DNA of 64,000 bases from Felis catus (Eukaryota). Positions 47,171 through 60,610 of this stretch are shown one piece after another. A program made the translations under genes and the position numbers. The stretch covers positions 11,100,001-11,164,000 of the forward strand of contig NC_058369.1 in the NCBI RefSeq assembly GCF_018350175.1, read 5' to 3'. The stretch's first letter is position 1; every line of letters begins with the position of its first letter. Below the pieces are notes generated by a model, which did not search any database, was not told where the DNA came from, and worked only from the letters and a program-made list of their open reading frames with translations.

Positions 47171-50100
47171 CTGAGACAGAAAACAAGGGAGGCTTTGGTG
47201 TTTCCTAGAGCTTCTCCTGTTAAGAAGGCCCTTTTGAGTGCAGAGAAAGTTCTTGCCGTGTGAGCTCAGCCCCAAGCACAGGGAGCAGATAGTCCAGATG
47301 ATAGCAATGCTTATTTTACTGATGGTTCCAAAACCAAATTCGCAATTCTTCTCTGTGATTGCAACCAGATAAAATTAGATAGTGCCAGCAACATGTAAAT
47401 AGAAGAAAACAAACGGGGAGAAGTGAGCAGATTGAGCCATGAGCCACCGGCAGAAATCAGCGGAGGAAACTTGCTTTGTTGGCCTTTCTTTCATTTGGCC
47501 GACAGCGTGGCAAAGTGAAATCCCCAGTGCTCTGCTTCTGCTGTGTGTGGTCCCCCGTGGGCCTCAGGCACAGATAAGGTCCCTCAGAGAGCAGCCCCCA
47601 AGGTGGACTGCAAGGCTAGCCTCGTAGCGGGTACCAGGTCCGTGGCCAAAGTCAGCAAAGGGGTGCGTTTTCTCTTCTATCACCTCTTCCCCGTCTTGCT
47701 ATCATCTCAGAGCCCCATGTTGCCTCCTCTTTGCAAACACGCTCGAAGTCCAATGGAAGCGGACGTGAAACACCGACAAACCAAAGAAAAGATTAAATGT
47801 AAAAGATTCGGTGCCTTGTCTCTGGAGTGGCCAGACTTCTGGGGCGTGCAAAAGAGGCACGGCTGTGATTTTCTTTCCATTGCACTGCCCGGCATGCCAC
47901 CTAGAAGGCAGCAACATGGAAAACCACCAGACGGGCGGCAGGGATCGTGGTGAGATCCAGGAAAAGTGAGACGGTGTCGCACGCACGGGCTCCCCTTCCC
48001 CATCTCTGCCCAGGAGATGTCTGTTACAGGGGGCAAGTCTCCTCAAGCAATCAAGCCCACGTCTCCGATCTGCGAGTTTCTGAGCAGGACAGAGAGTCTG
48101 GCTCAGGGAAGCCTTTGGGCCCTGACGCTACGGAAGGATCTAGAGCACCTGCCATCCAGCGGTATCTGCCCTGATCCTGCCTGCCTGCCTTCTGTCCTTT
48201 ATTATTACCATTGAGTTTTTCATTTTGAGATCTAAAATAAAATAATATAAAAACCTTTTGGGGCGCCTGGGTGGCACAGTCGGTTAAGCATCCGACTTCA
48301 GCCAGGTCACGATCTCGCTGTCCGTGAGTTCGAGCCCCGTGTCAGGCTCTGGGCTGACGGCTCAGAGCCTGGAGCCTGTTTCCGATTCTGTGTCTCCCTC
48401 TCTCTCTGCCCCTCGCCCGTTCATGCTCTGTCTCTCTCTGTCCCAAAAATAAATAAACGTTGAAAAAAAAATTAAAAAAAAAAAAACTTTTTAAAAATTT
48501 GTCTGGGACAAATTCTTGGGTAACATAACCTGTGGTTGCCGGTGTTTTTAGCAGAAACCCCACATTCCTAGTACTGCGGAGGTCAGGAAGGCTTTTACTA
48601 TCTCCCGCATGAGCTAAGGCCAAGCGGGGGTCTTGAGAACAGAGGGTTCAGTGCGCCCCAGACCTGGAGAAGTTGGGTTTGAGAGCACTCCTGTCAAATG
48701 GAAAGCCAGAGGTAAGAGCACCGGGTTGGGCCGCAGGGAACCCAAGTGGGAAACGCAGACCGTGGGAGGAATTTGTGAGGAAACCTGCCCAGATGGCTGG
48801 AGGGGGGTACACAGCTTGATGCAGCGCAAATGTGGGTGTGCTGCCCGGAGGGGATGCGGTGCTGGGCGGGGATGCGCCGACCTCACCACGCTTGCTGCAG
48901 AGCCTTGAGGAAATCCAGCACCCCCGAGGGTGAGGGGAAACCCGGGCGACCAGAGGAAACCTCCAGGTGTTGAGGCAGGAGGGCCCTGCAGGGGAATGGG
49001 GTGGCCCTGAGCTGAGGGGAGGCCTGGAAAAGAAACAAAGTTAGAGGTGTGTGGCCGAGCCAGCCAGAGGCCTGGGGACACCACGTGCGGCTGATACCAG
49101 AGGAAAAGCAAAGGAAAGTCAAGGGGAAAGATGCGCCCCTCCACCCAGAGGAAGACGCAGTCCTTGCACTTGAACCAGGGGGAAACGCGAGGGCGCCCAG
49201 AGGGAGGGGAGCACACTCCACCTCCACGGATGACTCTGCATTGCAGGGAAAGCCTAAAGGGAAAAGTCTGGCTACCAAGGGGAGGGCTTAGGCTGAAAAT
49301 TGGTGCACGGGGCCTGGACCAGGGGAAGGCGCCCAGGACCCAAGGAGACACCCCTTACATTTTGTTCCTCATGAGTACATTCCTTTCCTAATCCTGGTCC
49401 TGCCCCCCATGGGGCCATCCCTGAGCTAAAAGAAAACCCTGGGGGGGAAAGAGAGGAGAAATGGGTTTGCATCCGACCTTCCGGAAACCTAAGGCATCAG
49501 AGGGGAAACACAAGCTGAACCGCTGGTAAATTGCAGACAGCACCGGAGAAAATAGTGCTCACCTAGGCTGCCCGGGAATCCAAAGAGGAACCCAAAGAGG
49601 AACCCAATCCCGTGCATGTAGGCATGGCAGAATTCACTCCTGATTCAGACCCACATATTGCGCAGTCACGGGCACACCTGGGCACACCTGGGCACCTTCA
49701 AGTTCAAAGCCATGGCTGAAATTACCACATGCAGTTCTCTTACTCATGACTCTCTGGCTTCCCACCAACCCAGGAATGGAGAATGGCTCATCTTACCGGT
49801 TAAGTAGAAGGGACCAGGCTTACACAGCCTCGCCCCTCCTTTCTCCTCCCACACCCCGGTCAAGGCTGCCACAGTTTCATCCAGGAAGCCTGCATTCCTT
49901 ACATTAGGCTTCAGTCTAGTGTAAGGAGGTGGTCCAGAAGGGCTACTCCCAGGTATCTTAGTACGGGAATTGCTTGTCAGGCTATTGGAGCCATCAGCAC
50001 AAGAACCAAGGAAAGGCTCATGGCTGGGTCTCCGCTCGGCTTTCTCCTAGAACTAAGGTTTGAAGGTCTGTACATTGACTTTAATGGGGTACATTAGCAT

Positions 50101-50891
50101 AGGATGGAACTCTGTTGGAAAGAGGGGTCAGGATAGTGGATGGGTCTGACAGTTAGATCAACCATGGTCTGGGGAGATTGTGCAGAGCCTGAATAATGTA
50201 GACATCACTGACCTTCTAGTAGGCGAACCCCACTAGCATAAAATAAGCCACATTCAATTTTTCTTTAATTTTACAATGGTATCAGCTCCTTCTATGGAAA
50301 TCTATTAAAAAGGGTGAGCAAACCACGACCCATACACCAGATCCAACCCACGGCCTTTTTTGTAAAGATGTTTTACTGGAACATAGTGTAGTGGGATGAA
50401 TGGTGACCTCCAAAAATGATATCCAACTTCCAGTATATCCATCGATATCCAACCGATATTTGCACCAAAGATGTCTCAAGAATTCTTTGTTGGCCCTCAG
50501 CTCCGAACCCCAACAATTGTCCACATCAGCTTTAAAGGGATGAATGTGTTTACTCCAAATGAAAAAACTAAATAAGTGGACTTGGACAATTTTTGCAAAG
50601 GAAACTCTACCTGTGCAGCCCAACAATAAGCAATTTTTTTGCACTCCACTAAACACGATGATCTATTTCCACCCTTCTTCCATGTAACTATGGGATACTT
50701 GTTGGGAGTTGGGTATGGTCCAGATCCCTGTTCACAGTCCCAAATCAAAGTGCTTGAGACTCACAGAGTCTTGAAAAATATGCCTGTTTATGCCTTTGGT
50801 AGACAAAGAAATTCCATGTCAGATGTTGAGGAAATGTTCATAAAGAAGACAGTGAAGGTCAGTCCAGTGGAGAAAAGAACACCACAACTTA

Positions 50892-51625
50892 GGGGCTCCT
50901 GGGTGGCTCAGTCGGTTAGCATCCAACTTCCGCTCAGGTCTTGATCTCGCGGTTCATGGGTTCGAGCCCCACATCGGGTTCGGTGCTGACAGCTCAGAGC
51001 CTGGAATGGGCTTCGGATTCTGTGTCTCCCTCTCTCTCTCTGCCCCTCCCTCACTTGTGTTCTCTCTCTCTCTCTCTCTCTCTCAAAAATAAACATTAAA
51101 GGGGCGCCTGGGTGGCGCAGTCGGTTGAGCGTCCGACTTCAGCTAGGTCACGATCTCGCGGTCCGTGAGTTTGAGCCCCGCGTCGGGCTCTGGGCTGTTG
51201 GCTCAGAGCCTGGAGCCTGTTTCCGATTCTGTGTCTCCCTCTCTCTCTGCCCCTCCCCCGTTCATGCTCTGTCTCTCTCTGTCCCAAAAATAAATAAATA
51301 TTGAAAAAAAAATAAACATTAAAAAATAAAAAATAGGGGCGCCTGGGAGGCGCAGTCGGTTAAGCGTCCGACTTCAGCCAGGTCACGATCTCGCGGTCTG
51401 TGAGTTCGAGCCCCGAGTCCGGCTCTGGGCTGATGGCTCAGAGCCTGGAGCCTGTTTCCGATTCTGTGTCTCCCTCTCTCTCTGCCCCTCCCCCGTTCAT
51501 GCTCTGTCTCTCTCTGTCTCAAAAATAAATAAACGTTGAAAAAAAAAATAATAAATAAATAAATAAATAAATAAAATAAAAAATAAAAAATAAAATAAAA
51601 TAAAATAAAATAAAATAAAATAAAC
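50892..51625 (+). mobile_element. Three nested CanSINEs inside one outer TSD
   Basis: Outer TSD agaacaccacaactta at 50876-50891 and 51626-51641; inner TSD aaaaataaacattaaa. Confidence 0.92.
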
Positions 51626-51641
51626 AGAACACCACAACTTA

Positions 51642-52078
51642 GAGCCCATGGGATGTCATACACATAGCTGACATCCAAGATGCTCCCAAGAGGACAAGCC
51701 TAGAAGAAAAGTTCTTTTCCACTTTGACTCCCTCACCCATGGGAAACAAGTTGCCCAGAGAATAGAGTAATAATAGAACAATTAACTTAATGAGAATTGT
51801 CAGAATTCAACCTCTGAGGACCTAGAAGTAGTAAATATGCCCTTTCCTCCCCTCACTACAGCTCAGCTGTCCCAGGAGGGAGAGAGTTCAGCTGCGCCCT
51901 TTCAGAGAACAGGTACCTGGCACCCCTCCTGTCTTTTCTTGGAGCTAAGTTGAATATCCATCACCCGGGGAAGACAGGACACACAGAGCTAGAGGTGCCC
52001 TAATGCTATCAGAGTATCTGCTGTGGGAAACAGGCCTGGAGACGGGCGAAGCTCTTGGAGGCTGGATTTGGGGTGAGA
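51642..52078 (+). promoter_or_regulatory. Putative promoter and first exon of the OR7C2-like gene
   Basis: Ebf palindromes CCCATGGGA at 51645 and 51736; TCCCAAGAG at 51684; TCCCAGGAG at 51870; CAATTA at 51779; TAATGA at 51788; donor ggg|GTGAGA at 52073. Confidence 0.6.
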
Positions 52079-53565
52079 GTCCACTTACTTAAAACATTCT
52101 ACACAATTCCATTCCTGTGTCTCTCGATTTCTCTTCCCCTCAGGTTTTTGGGAGCCATGATAAGTGCCTCTGTTCTCTTCTACCAAAGACACTCTCGTAT
52201 TCTTTCATCTGGAAAATCTTCCTCATTTATTCATTCAAACAACAAATATACCCTGGGATTCCACACCGTTAACACTTAGGAGTCCATTCATACATCTTCT
52301 GATATATCAAGTCACTTCATGTTCCGGGTCTCAGTTTCCGTATTTGGAAAGTTAGGATAATTGCAGTATCCACTTCAGGAGGTTAATGTGAGGTCCTTAA
52401 GAGGTCCTCAAGAAATTTTAGCTAATTTAATGAATGCATTGCTCTCATTTATTATGTATTTGCAAGTTTCCAGTCCCTAATCCTGGCCATTTATATTTGT
52501 GTTAACATGTGAAATGCTTGTGATCTATTTTCTAACAGATGTCACTGTACATATGAACACTGCTGGGGGGGGTTTTCTCGCACGCCCACTTTCTTTTTTT
52601 TTTTTGCTAATTTTTATTTTTGAATAATGTTACATTCACAGAAAAGCTACAAAAATAGTTCAGCGTTCCCATGGTAATGAAAACGTTTTAGAACAAGATA
52701 GAAGCAATGATTGCAAAACATGCCAGTGTACTTTCGTGCCACCGAATGTCACTTTAAAACGGCTACTGGTCCTTGCATATTTGTTTTGTATCCACTGCAT
52801 TACGAAAATCATACTCAGTTAAAAGGTCGGCCGTCAATTCACACCCTGCCGCCAATCCATGATCTTCCAATGATGAAGAGTTGTGTTTTCCATACTTAGC
52901 TTCTCTTCTGTCTTTTTCTCCTAGAATTGCATTGGTTGTAATTTTCCACGTGTTGATAAGCAACATTCCAAACAGTAGACTCGCTCTTCTTTAATACTTA
53001 AAGGGGGAATTCTTTTATGGTTCCTGCCACGGGATCCTCCCCAGGGCATTTTTGGAGGTGAGCTTTGTTCATTTAATTCCCTCCTTCATTTGGGTCTGTT
53101 ATCCTTCTGAATCGACTTCTGGCACAAATTTTCCCAGAAATAAATTCAGTTCTTCGAGATTTCCCAACTTTTACCATGGAGTTATAAATATTATCTTGCA
53201 AAGATGCGTGTATCCTTACACCTGTGTCGGTTTTGCTCATTCCTAATTGTAGGCAGTCCTGTTCTTTTTCTTTCTTTTTACCCCTTTCATTAGACTTCTG
53301 TCTAATTTTGTCTGTGTGCTTGCTTTGGGCAAAGAATTGATCCTGCAATTTCTTTCTCAGTTGTGGAATTTTTCTTCTAATTCCCTAACTCTGTTTACCT
53401 TACTTTTCTGCTTGACTAATAGGCTTTTTGCTTTATTTTATATTTTAGTCTCAACATGTTCAAATCTTAAAGCGTTTTATTTCTTGAAGATAGACCACGT
53501 GTGTGTTCATTTGCAGGTTTTGAAAGGTGTAATAGAAGAAAATGAATCCAAAAATCAGGATTCAG

Positions 53566-56500
53566 GGGCGCCTGGGTGGCTCAGTGAGTTAAGCGTCCGA
53601 CTTTGGCTCAGGTCATGATCTCACACTTCATGAGTTCAAGCCTCACATCAGGCTCTCTGCTATGAGCCCTCAACCTGCTTCAGATTCTCAGTCTCCCTCT
53701 CTCTCTGCCCCTCCTCCACTCATTTTCTCTCTCTTTCTCTCAAAATAAATAAATAAACTTTAAAAAATTTTTCAAATTAAAATCAGGATTCATATTACCA
53801 CTCAAGGATGATCCCTGTCCACATTTTGTACATCTTCTTGTAGCTCATTTTTTTCCTTGGGTTTGTGCCAATATTCTCAAACATTTATTGCCTTTTTTAT
53901 ATTTTCTTGTATGAATCCTTAATATCCCGTAATTTTTCCCAGTTAATACATTAATATTTCTATGATTTATAGTTAGACTTTGTAAGTTAAATATATTACA
54001 TTTTATCAATCAAATCTATTATTTTTAATATTCTAATTTTCTGTACAGCACATTTTATCATTAAGGGCTTTTTCAATTAATGGTACAATTATTGATATTT
54101 TCTTCTTATTTCTCTTCCCTTTCTTGGATTATTTCCAGACTTTCTATTCAGAGAGAACTTCTATTTTCAAAGATTACATATTTTCACTATTAATTTATGT
54201 TATCTATATTTTTTATTTATTTTCTTTTCATAGCTTGTATGGTCTCTTGCTCCACACTTAACATTAAACATTGAAATCGTAGGTGACTCTTGATCTCAGG
54301 GTCATGAGTTCGAGCCCCGCGTTGGGTGTAGAGCTTACTTTTCTTTCTTTATTCCAAGTTTTTATTTAAATTCTAGTTATCATACGGTAAAATTGGTTTC
54401 GTGTGTAGAATTTAGTGATTAGCCACTTACATATAATACACGGTGGGTGTAGAACATGCTTTAAAAAAAGTAAATATTAGGGGCGCCTGGGTGGCACAGT
54501 CAGTTAAGCGTCCGACTTCAGCCAGGTCACAATCTCGCGGTCTGTGAGTTCGAGCCCCGCATCAGGCTCTGGGCTGGTGGCTCGGAGCCTGGAGCCTGTT
54601 TCTAATTCTGTGTCTCCCCCTCTCTCTGCCCCTCCCCTGTTCATGCTCTGTCTCTCTTTGTCCCAAAAATAAATAAACGTTAAAAAAAAAAAGTAAATAT
54701 TAGAATCACAAAATTGTACGCCTGAAACTAGTATCACGCTGTATGTTAACTGCCTGGAATTTAAACAAAAACTTTTTTAAAAAGAAATTTATCAGGCAAT
54801 GTGGAGATCGGATTTAACATTATTTTTTCTAAATTGTTAATCACTAAACACTTACTATGCTTTCAAAGACCCTCTGAAGTATCTAGGAATTAAAATGCTA
54901 GTTAAGTTGATAAAAATATGTTTGTGTAACCTAAATTATAATGAACATCTTATTAAATTACAAAACTCCAAGATTATTCTTGGAAAGAATTCCTTTTTTT
55001 TTTTTTTTTAAACGTTTCTTTCTGAGAGAGACAGAGCATGAGTGGGGGGAGGGGCAGAGAAAAAGGAAGCAGGCTTCAGGCTCTGAGCTGTCAGCACAGA
55101 GCCCCAGGCGGGTTGTGAGATCACCACTTGAGCCTAAGGCTTAAGCCCTTAACTGACTGAGCCACCCCAGCGCCCCTCTCGGAAAGAATTCTTTGAAAGA
55201 TATGAAGAACTGAGAATACCAACTCTTACCATAAATTTGAGCAGGGTTGTGGAATTTCATACCAATGCAATAAGATCCAAAGATAAATAGGTGTTGTAAG
55301 TTAGTATTATTTGGAGAAAGTATGTAAATATTATAGAAAAACTTAAAATTTTTAATAAAATCCAGGGGCGCCTGGGTGGCTCAGTCGGTTAACTGTCCGA
55401 CTTTGGCTCAGGTCATGATCTCATCATTCGTGGGTTCAAGCCCCATGTCAGGCTCTGTGCTGACAGCTCAGAGCCTGGAAGCTGCTTCGGATTCTGTGTC
55501 TCCCTCTCTCTCTCTCTGTCCCTCCCCTGCTCATGCTCGCTCTCTCTCTCTTAAATAAACATTTTTAAAAATTTTTAATAGGGGCGCCTGGGTGGCTCAG
55601 TTGGTTGAGTGTCCAATTTCTGCTCAGGTCATGATCTCACAGTTCTTGAGTTCAAGCCCCACATCAGGCTGTGTGCTGACAGCCCAGAGCCTGGAGCCTG
55701 CTTTGGATTCTGTGTCTCCCTCTTTCTCTGTCCCTCCCCAGCTTGTGTACTCTCTCTCTCTCTCTGAAAAATAAATAAACATTAGGGTCACCTGGGTGGC
55801 TCGGTCAGTTAAGCGTACGACTTCGGCTCAGGTCATGATCTCACGATTCGTGAGTTCAAGCCCCACATTGGGCTCTGTATTACAGCTCAGAGCCTAAAGC
55901 CTGCTTCGGATTCTGTGTCTCCCTCCCTCTCATGCTTTGCCTCTCTCTCTCTTTCTTTCTCTCTCAAAAATAAACATTAAAATTTATAAATAAATAAATA
56001 AACATTCAAAAATGTTTTAAATAAAATATGTTAAGAGGATAAATTATGAGTATTCTTGTATGAGTATACAAGAAAAATTTGGGAGATGTCAGATATGTTT
56101 ATTACCTTGGTTGTAGTGATACCAGGCATGAATGCATATGTCCAAACTTATCAACACGCATCTATCAGAAACGGGCAATTTTCTGTAACCAACTATACTT
56201 TGATAAAGCTAAAAAGAAAGGACAAACTTAGGTGAAGAAAAAGCCAATATTGAGAAAGCCTAGGACACTGTAGTCGACTGATGACTAGATAAAAAAGATG
56301 TGGGGTATACATACAATGGCATATTACTCGACCATAAAAAAAAGAACGTGATCTTGCCATTTGCAACAGGGTGGAGGGATCTAGAGGGCATCATGCTAAG
56401 TGAGATAAGTCAGTCAGAGAGAGACAAATACCATATGATCTCACTCCTGTGTGGAATTTAACAAAGAAAACGGGGGCGCCTGGGTGGCTCAGTCGGTTGA

Positions 56501-56641
56501 GCGTCCGACTTCAGCTCAGGTCACGATTTCGCGGTCCGTGAGTTCGAGTCCCGCATCGGGCTCTGGGCTGATGGCTCGGAGCCTGGAGCCTGCTTCCGAT
56601 TCTGTGTGTCTCCCTCTCTCTCTGCCCCTCCCCCGTTCATG

Positions 56642-56672
<31 letters not shown>

Positions 56673-56990
56673 AAAAATAAACAAACGTTAAAAAAAAAAT
56701 TTAAAAAAAAAAAAAAGAAAACAATCAGGCAGGGCAGAAAGAGCACAGCACACCAAGGAGCAGACTCTTAACTAAAGACAGCACACTGATGGTTCTAGAA
56801 GGGAAGTGGGGGTGGAGGGGGGAGGAGTGTAACAGGTAATGGGAATTAAAGAGCACGCTTGTGATGAGCACTGGGTGGTGCACAGAATTGTCGAATCACT
56901 ATATTGTACACCTGAAGCTAATGTAACATTGTACTTTCATTAGACCGGAATTTTAAAAAAATAACATAAAATTTTGAAATCAATAAATAA
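53566..56990. mobile_element. CanSINEs (about 53566, 54480, 54990-55176 minus, triple at 55365-55980, 56472) and L1 3' fragments (about 56270-56990)
   Basis: Recognisable SINE heads and tails and L1 3'UTR text. Confidence 0.85.
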
Positions 56991-57653
56991 GAAACTCTAG
57001 AGTGGTATATTTATAAATGCAATTTTGGTGGAATTTCTATTTAGGCATTGATAATACAAATGAAACGTAAATGACTATTAACAACAATAATATTGGTTAT
57101 TATTTTTTTATGAGAAGGCGCACCCATGGTCCAGAGGATCTAAGATATAGAAACCGTGGAAAGGCAGCACAGTGAAAGGCAGCCTGGGGTTAGGGAATTG
57201 CCTGTTCCCACAAGTACCGAGCACAAAGTGAAAAGCAGCCCCCGTGGATGGCTGCTTAGGGGTGCAGGGGAGCACTAGAGCAGTGCTCCCCAAAGTTGGG
57301 TGTGCATCAGATCCCCAGGAGGATTTGTCAAGGCCCAGAGTGCTGGCCTCACACCCAGAGCGTCTGACTCAGTAGGTCAGGTGGGCCTGAAAATGGGCAC
57401 TTCTAACAAGTTCCCTCGTGATGTTGATGGTGCTGTACAGGGGCCACAACTGGAGAACCACTGATCTTAGGGACAATTTTCCCAGGTAGCGGTGGTAACC
57501 ACAATTTGTCAGCAAAGAAAGCCAATCGTTAGCCAAAACAAACGATTTGGATTTGGGTTTGGATTAAGGATATTTCGGTCATTCGGGGGAATGCTTATTT
57601 GCAGTGAATCGTGTCTTGCTTTTTGTCTCTTTCTGGACAAGGCCAGTAGCCCC

Positions 57654-58610
57654 ATGGAAAGAGGAAACCAAACAGGAGCTGGACACTTTCTCCTCCTGGG
57701 ATTCACAGAGAAACCTTTCTTCTTTGGGCTGTTTCTGTCCATGTACCTGGTCACGTTCACTGGGAACCTGCTCCTCATCCTGGCCGTCAGCTCTGACTCC
57801 CACCTCCACACCCCCATGTACTTCTTCCTGGCCAACCTGTCCTTTGTAGACATCTGCTTCACCTCCACCACCGTCCCGAAGATGCTCTGGAACATCCAGA
57901 CTCAGAGCACAATCATAACATATAAAGGCTGCCTCAGCCAGATATTTTTTTTCATCGTGTTTGGATGCCTGGACAATTTACTCCTGACTGTGATGGCCTA
58001 TGACCGCTTTGTGGCCATCTGTCACCCCCTGCACTACATGGTCATCATGAACCCCCAGCTCTGTAGGCTGCTGGCCGTGGGGTCCTGGTGCATCAGTGTC
58101 ATGGGCTCCCTGCTCGAGACCTTGACCCTTTTGAGGCTGTCCTTCTGCACAAACATGGAAATCCCACACTTTTTTTGTGATCTTCCCGAAGTCCTGAAGC
58201 TTGCCTGTTCTGACACCTTCGTCAATACCATGGTGGTGTATTTTGTGACTATTGTCCTAGGTGTTTTTCCTCTCTCTGGGATCCTCTTTTCTTATTCTCA
58301 GATTTTCTCCCCCATCCTGAAAATTTCATCAGCCAGGGGCAAGTACAAAGCCTTTTCCACGTGTGGGTCTCACCTCTCGGTGGTCTTCTTGTTCTATGGC
58401 ACAGGTCTTGGGGTCTACCTCAGTTCTGCAGCGACTTCATCCTCTAGGACAAGTCTGGTGGCCTCGGTGATGTACACGATTGTCACCCCCATGCTGAATC
58501 CCTTCATCTACAGTCTGAGGAACAGGGACATGAAGGGGGCCCTGGGGAGACTCCTCAGCAGGGCAGTGCCTCTCAGTGTTGGGGGACCATTACAGGATTC
58601 TCATGAGTAA
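57654..58610 (+). CDS. OR7C2: Olfactory receptor 7C2-like, 318 aa ([17 protein letters not shown]...)
   Basis: Recalled human OR7C2 segments match ([65 protein letters not shown]); last OR before SLC1A6, as in human. OR identity is certain, one-to-one orthology less so. Confidence 0.85.
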   Translation: MERGNQTGAGHFLLLGFTEKPFFFGLFLSMYLVTFTGNLLLILAVSSDSHLHTPMYFFLANLSFVDICFTSTTVPKMLWNIQTQSTIITYKGCLSQIFFFIVFGCLDNLLLTVMAYDRFVAICHPLHYMVIMNPQLCRLLAVGSWCISVMGSLLETLTLLRLSFCTNMEIPHFFCDLPEVLKLACSDTFVNTMVVYFVTIVLGVFPLSGILFSYSQIFSPILKISSARGKYKAFSTCGSHLSVVFLFYGTGLGVYLSSAATSSSRTSLVASVMYTIVTPMLNPFIYSLRNRDMKGALGRLLSRAVPLSVGGPLQDSHE

Positions 58611-58659
58611 CTGGGCACACAATCCTGAGGACCAGAAATCTTAGTTTCCTTTGTGCATT

Positions 58660-58879
58660 ATTTTTTAAATATTTTAAATGTTTATTTGTTTTTGAGAGAG
58701 AGACAGAGTGCGTATGCATGCAAGTAGGGGAGAGACAGAGAGAGGGGGGACAGAGGATCCCAAGCAGGCTCTGCGCTGACCACAGAGACTGCCATCGTGG
58801 GCCTCGAACCCACAAACTGTGAGATCATGACCTGAGCCAAAGTAGGATGCTTAACCGACTGAGCCACCCAGGCACCCCC
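58660..58879 (-). mobile_element. CanSINE about 50 bp after the OR stop
   Basis: Reverse head ccacccaggcacccc and T-rich tail. Confidence 0.88.
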
Positions 58880-59825
58880 TCTGTGCAATATTTTTATTTT
58901 TCCTAACTTTATGTTTTAGAGCAAAACCTTATTTTTCCAAATTTTATGTCTTAGAGCAAAACCTTCCATGTTTCTTTCCTGCCCTCTATTTTTCTTCAGG
59001 TTGTGCCTTGGATTCCTTTTTTTCATTTTGTAACCAGTCGCTTTAACTTTATATGAATAGAACGTATTTTCTCAGTTAGCTTCAGATATGGTCTGGATTT
59101 CTTAACAACTGAATCGAATCCCATGTGTTTAATATCTACTTTCAAAGTGATGGGATGTGTGCCTATTTTGGAAACATTTAGAGAGATGTTTTCTGGGGTT
59201 ACATGAATGGAATCAAGTCAAAGATATGCCTCCAAAACTAGGAGCAAATAGACATCTGTTGTTTAACCACCCAGTCTGCGGCCCTTTGTCACGGGAGACC
59301 TAGCAAACTGCCACACCCCGCTCCCACGAGGAGCTTTCTGCAGACACAGACCATTGACCACACCTTAGAGGCAGAAATTCCGGTTTGAGACTGGGATCCC
59401 CGGCCAAGCTCCCCAGGGTCAACTGTGGAGTAGGATGCTTTATAAGCTTCTTGCCTTTGCCTGGACTTTTTCTAGTTTCTGACACAAACGTTGCCATGGT
59501 GACTGCAAACAGACGAAAGAAATCTGGATCCCTACTTCCCAGTTTTCTCAAGTACATATGCCCAAGGGTTCTCTTTGGATCCTAAAGAATGGGGGAGGGA
59601 GTATCCCCGAAACACGCCTGTGCTTGAAAGGTTTCTTCCCGCTGTGAGAGAGGCAGGTGCTCAAGGGAAGTTTAATTTGATTCAGAAAAAAAACTAATGT
59701 GTTTCCGGGACTAAAGGGTCACAGAGTTCAATTACATCCATGACATCTGGAATCCTGTTACTCTTCATATACTTGTGTTTTCCCCAAGCCTTTATTAAAG
59801 TCTCATTTCATGTCCCACCTGGTTT

Positions 59826-60586
59826 ATTAGGCTGAAGGAAAATAATGTTAAATGACCAACATCCACCCTTGTGCACTAAGGAGACACAGCGCTTCCTGAG
59901 GCCAGCTGTGTCCAGTCTGAGACAACTGGTTTCAGGAGTCAGCAGTTTGGACTACAAGACACAGTTACTCTTCCCCACGGGAAGCTGCTTCCTCTATTCC
60001 CAGCCATGGGTGCATGAAGTAAAGAGTTGACTCGGAAGGCTTAGGGGAGCTGAAAGCCTGCACGTTCCAGAGAAAGGACTTGCCCTTGACTGGCTCCCGG
60101 GAGGTAACTCTGAGCCCTTGGAATATCCTGCCTCATAAAAGCATCTTGGTATATCTGGGACCTTGATCCCCACCACGTGGTCCGTGTTGACCACGTAACT
60201 TATGGCGAATGCCTGTTTTTGTTCACCTGCTATACTCGTTTGACTTCTGTGGGGACCAAAGAACGCCTACACAACAGATCCCCGGTAACAGTCCTGGACA
60301 CCAAGGCTCAGGTGAACTTCCTTGGCTGACACTACTCCATACGTGCTGTCACACATCGTTGCGGAGACGACTGAGTGAGTCCATGGGGTTCCACTAAGAG
60401 GGCGCCATGGGAAGCCCACGTCTGGTGACTTCTGGACCCTGCCCCAGGCAACTTTGGTCTTGGCAGATTTTTAATCTGTCATCTTTCACTGCAGTCAACT
60501 ATAAACGTGAGCATCAGAGCTTCTCTGAGTTCCACGAGTCCTTCTAGCAAATCATTGAACCTTCAGGTCCCGGGGACCCCCGACAC
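59826..60586 (+). mobile_element. Solo LTR relic, MER21/MER77-like
   Basis: 3' end gagtccttctagcaaatcattgaacct...ggggacccccgacac and internal gtgctgtcacacatcgttgc phrase; left edge uncertain. Confidence 0.6.
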
Positions 60587-60604
60587 GGAGGTCATACACA
60601 TTGT

Positions 60605-60610
60605 TTTATT
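60605..60610 (-). terminator. Candidate SLC1A6 poly(A) signal AATAAA; an alternative GATAAA variant lies near 60783-60788
   Basis: First canonical hexamer on the minus strand after the stop codon. Confidence 0.35.

Noticed and set aside
47290..47400. YFTDGS, an RNase H-like motif on the plus strand
   Set aside because: Short frame with no further RNase H residues recognisable; likely chance
48614..49351. 245-aa minus-strand ORF
   Set aside because: Pro/Ser/Gly-rich, no recognisable domain, overlapping ORFs in several frames; expected in GC-rich sequence
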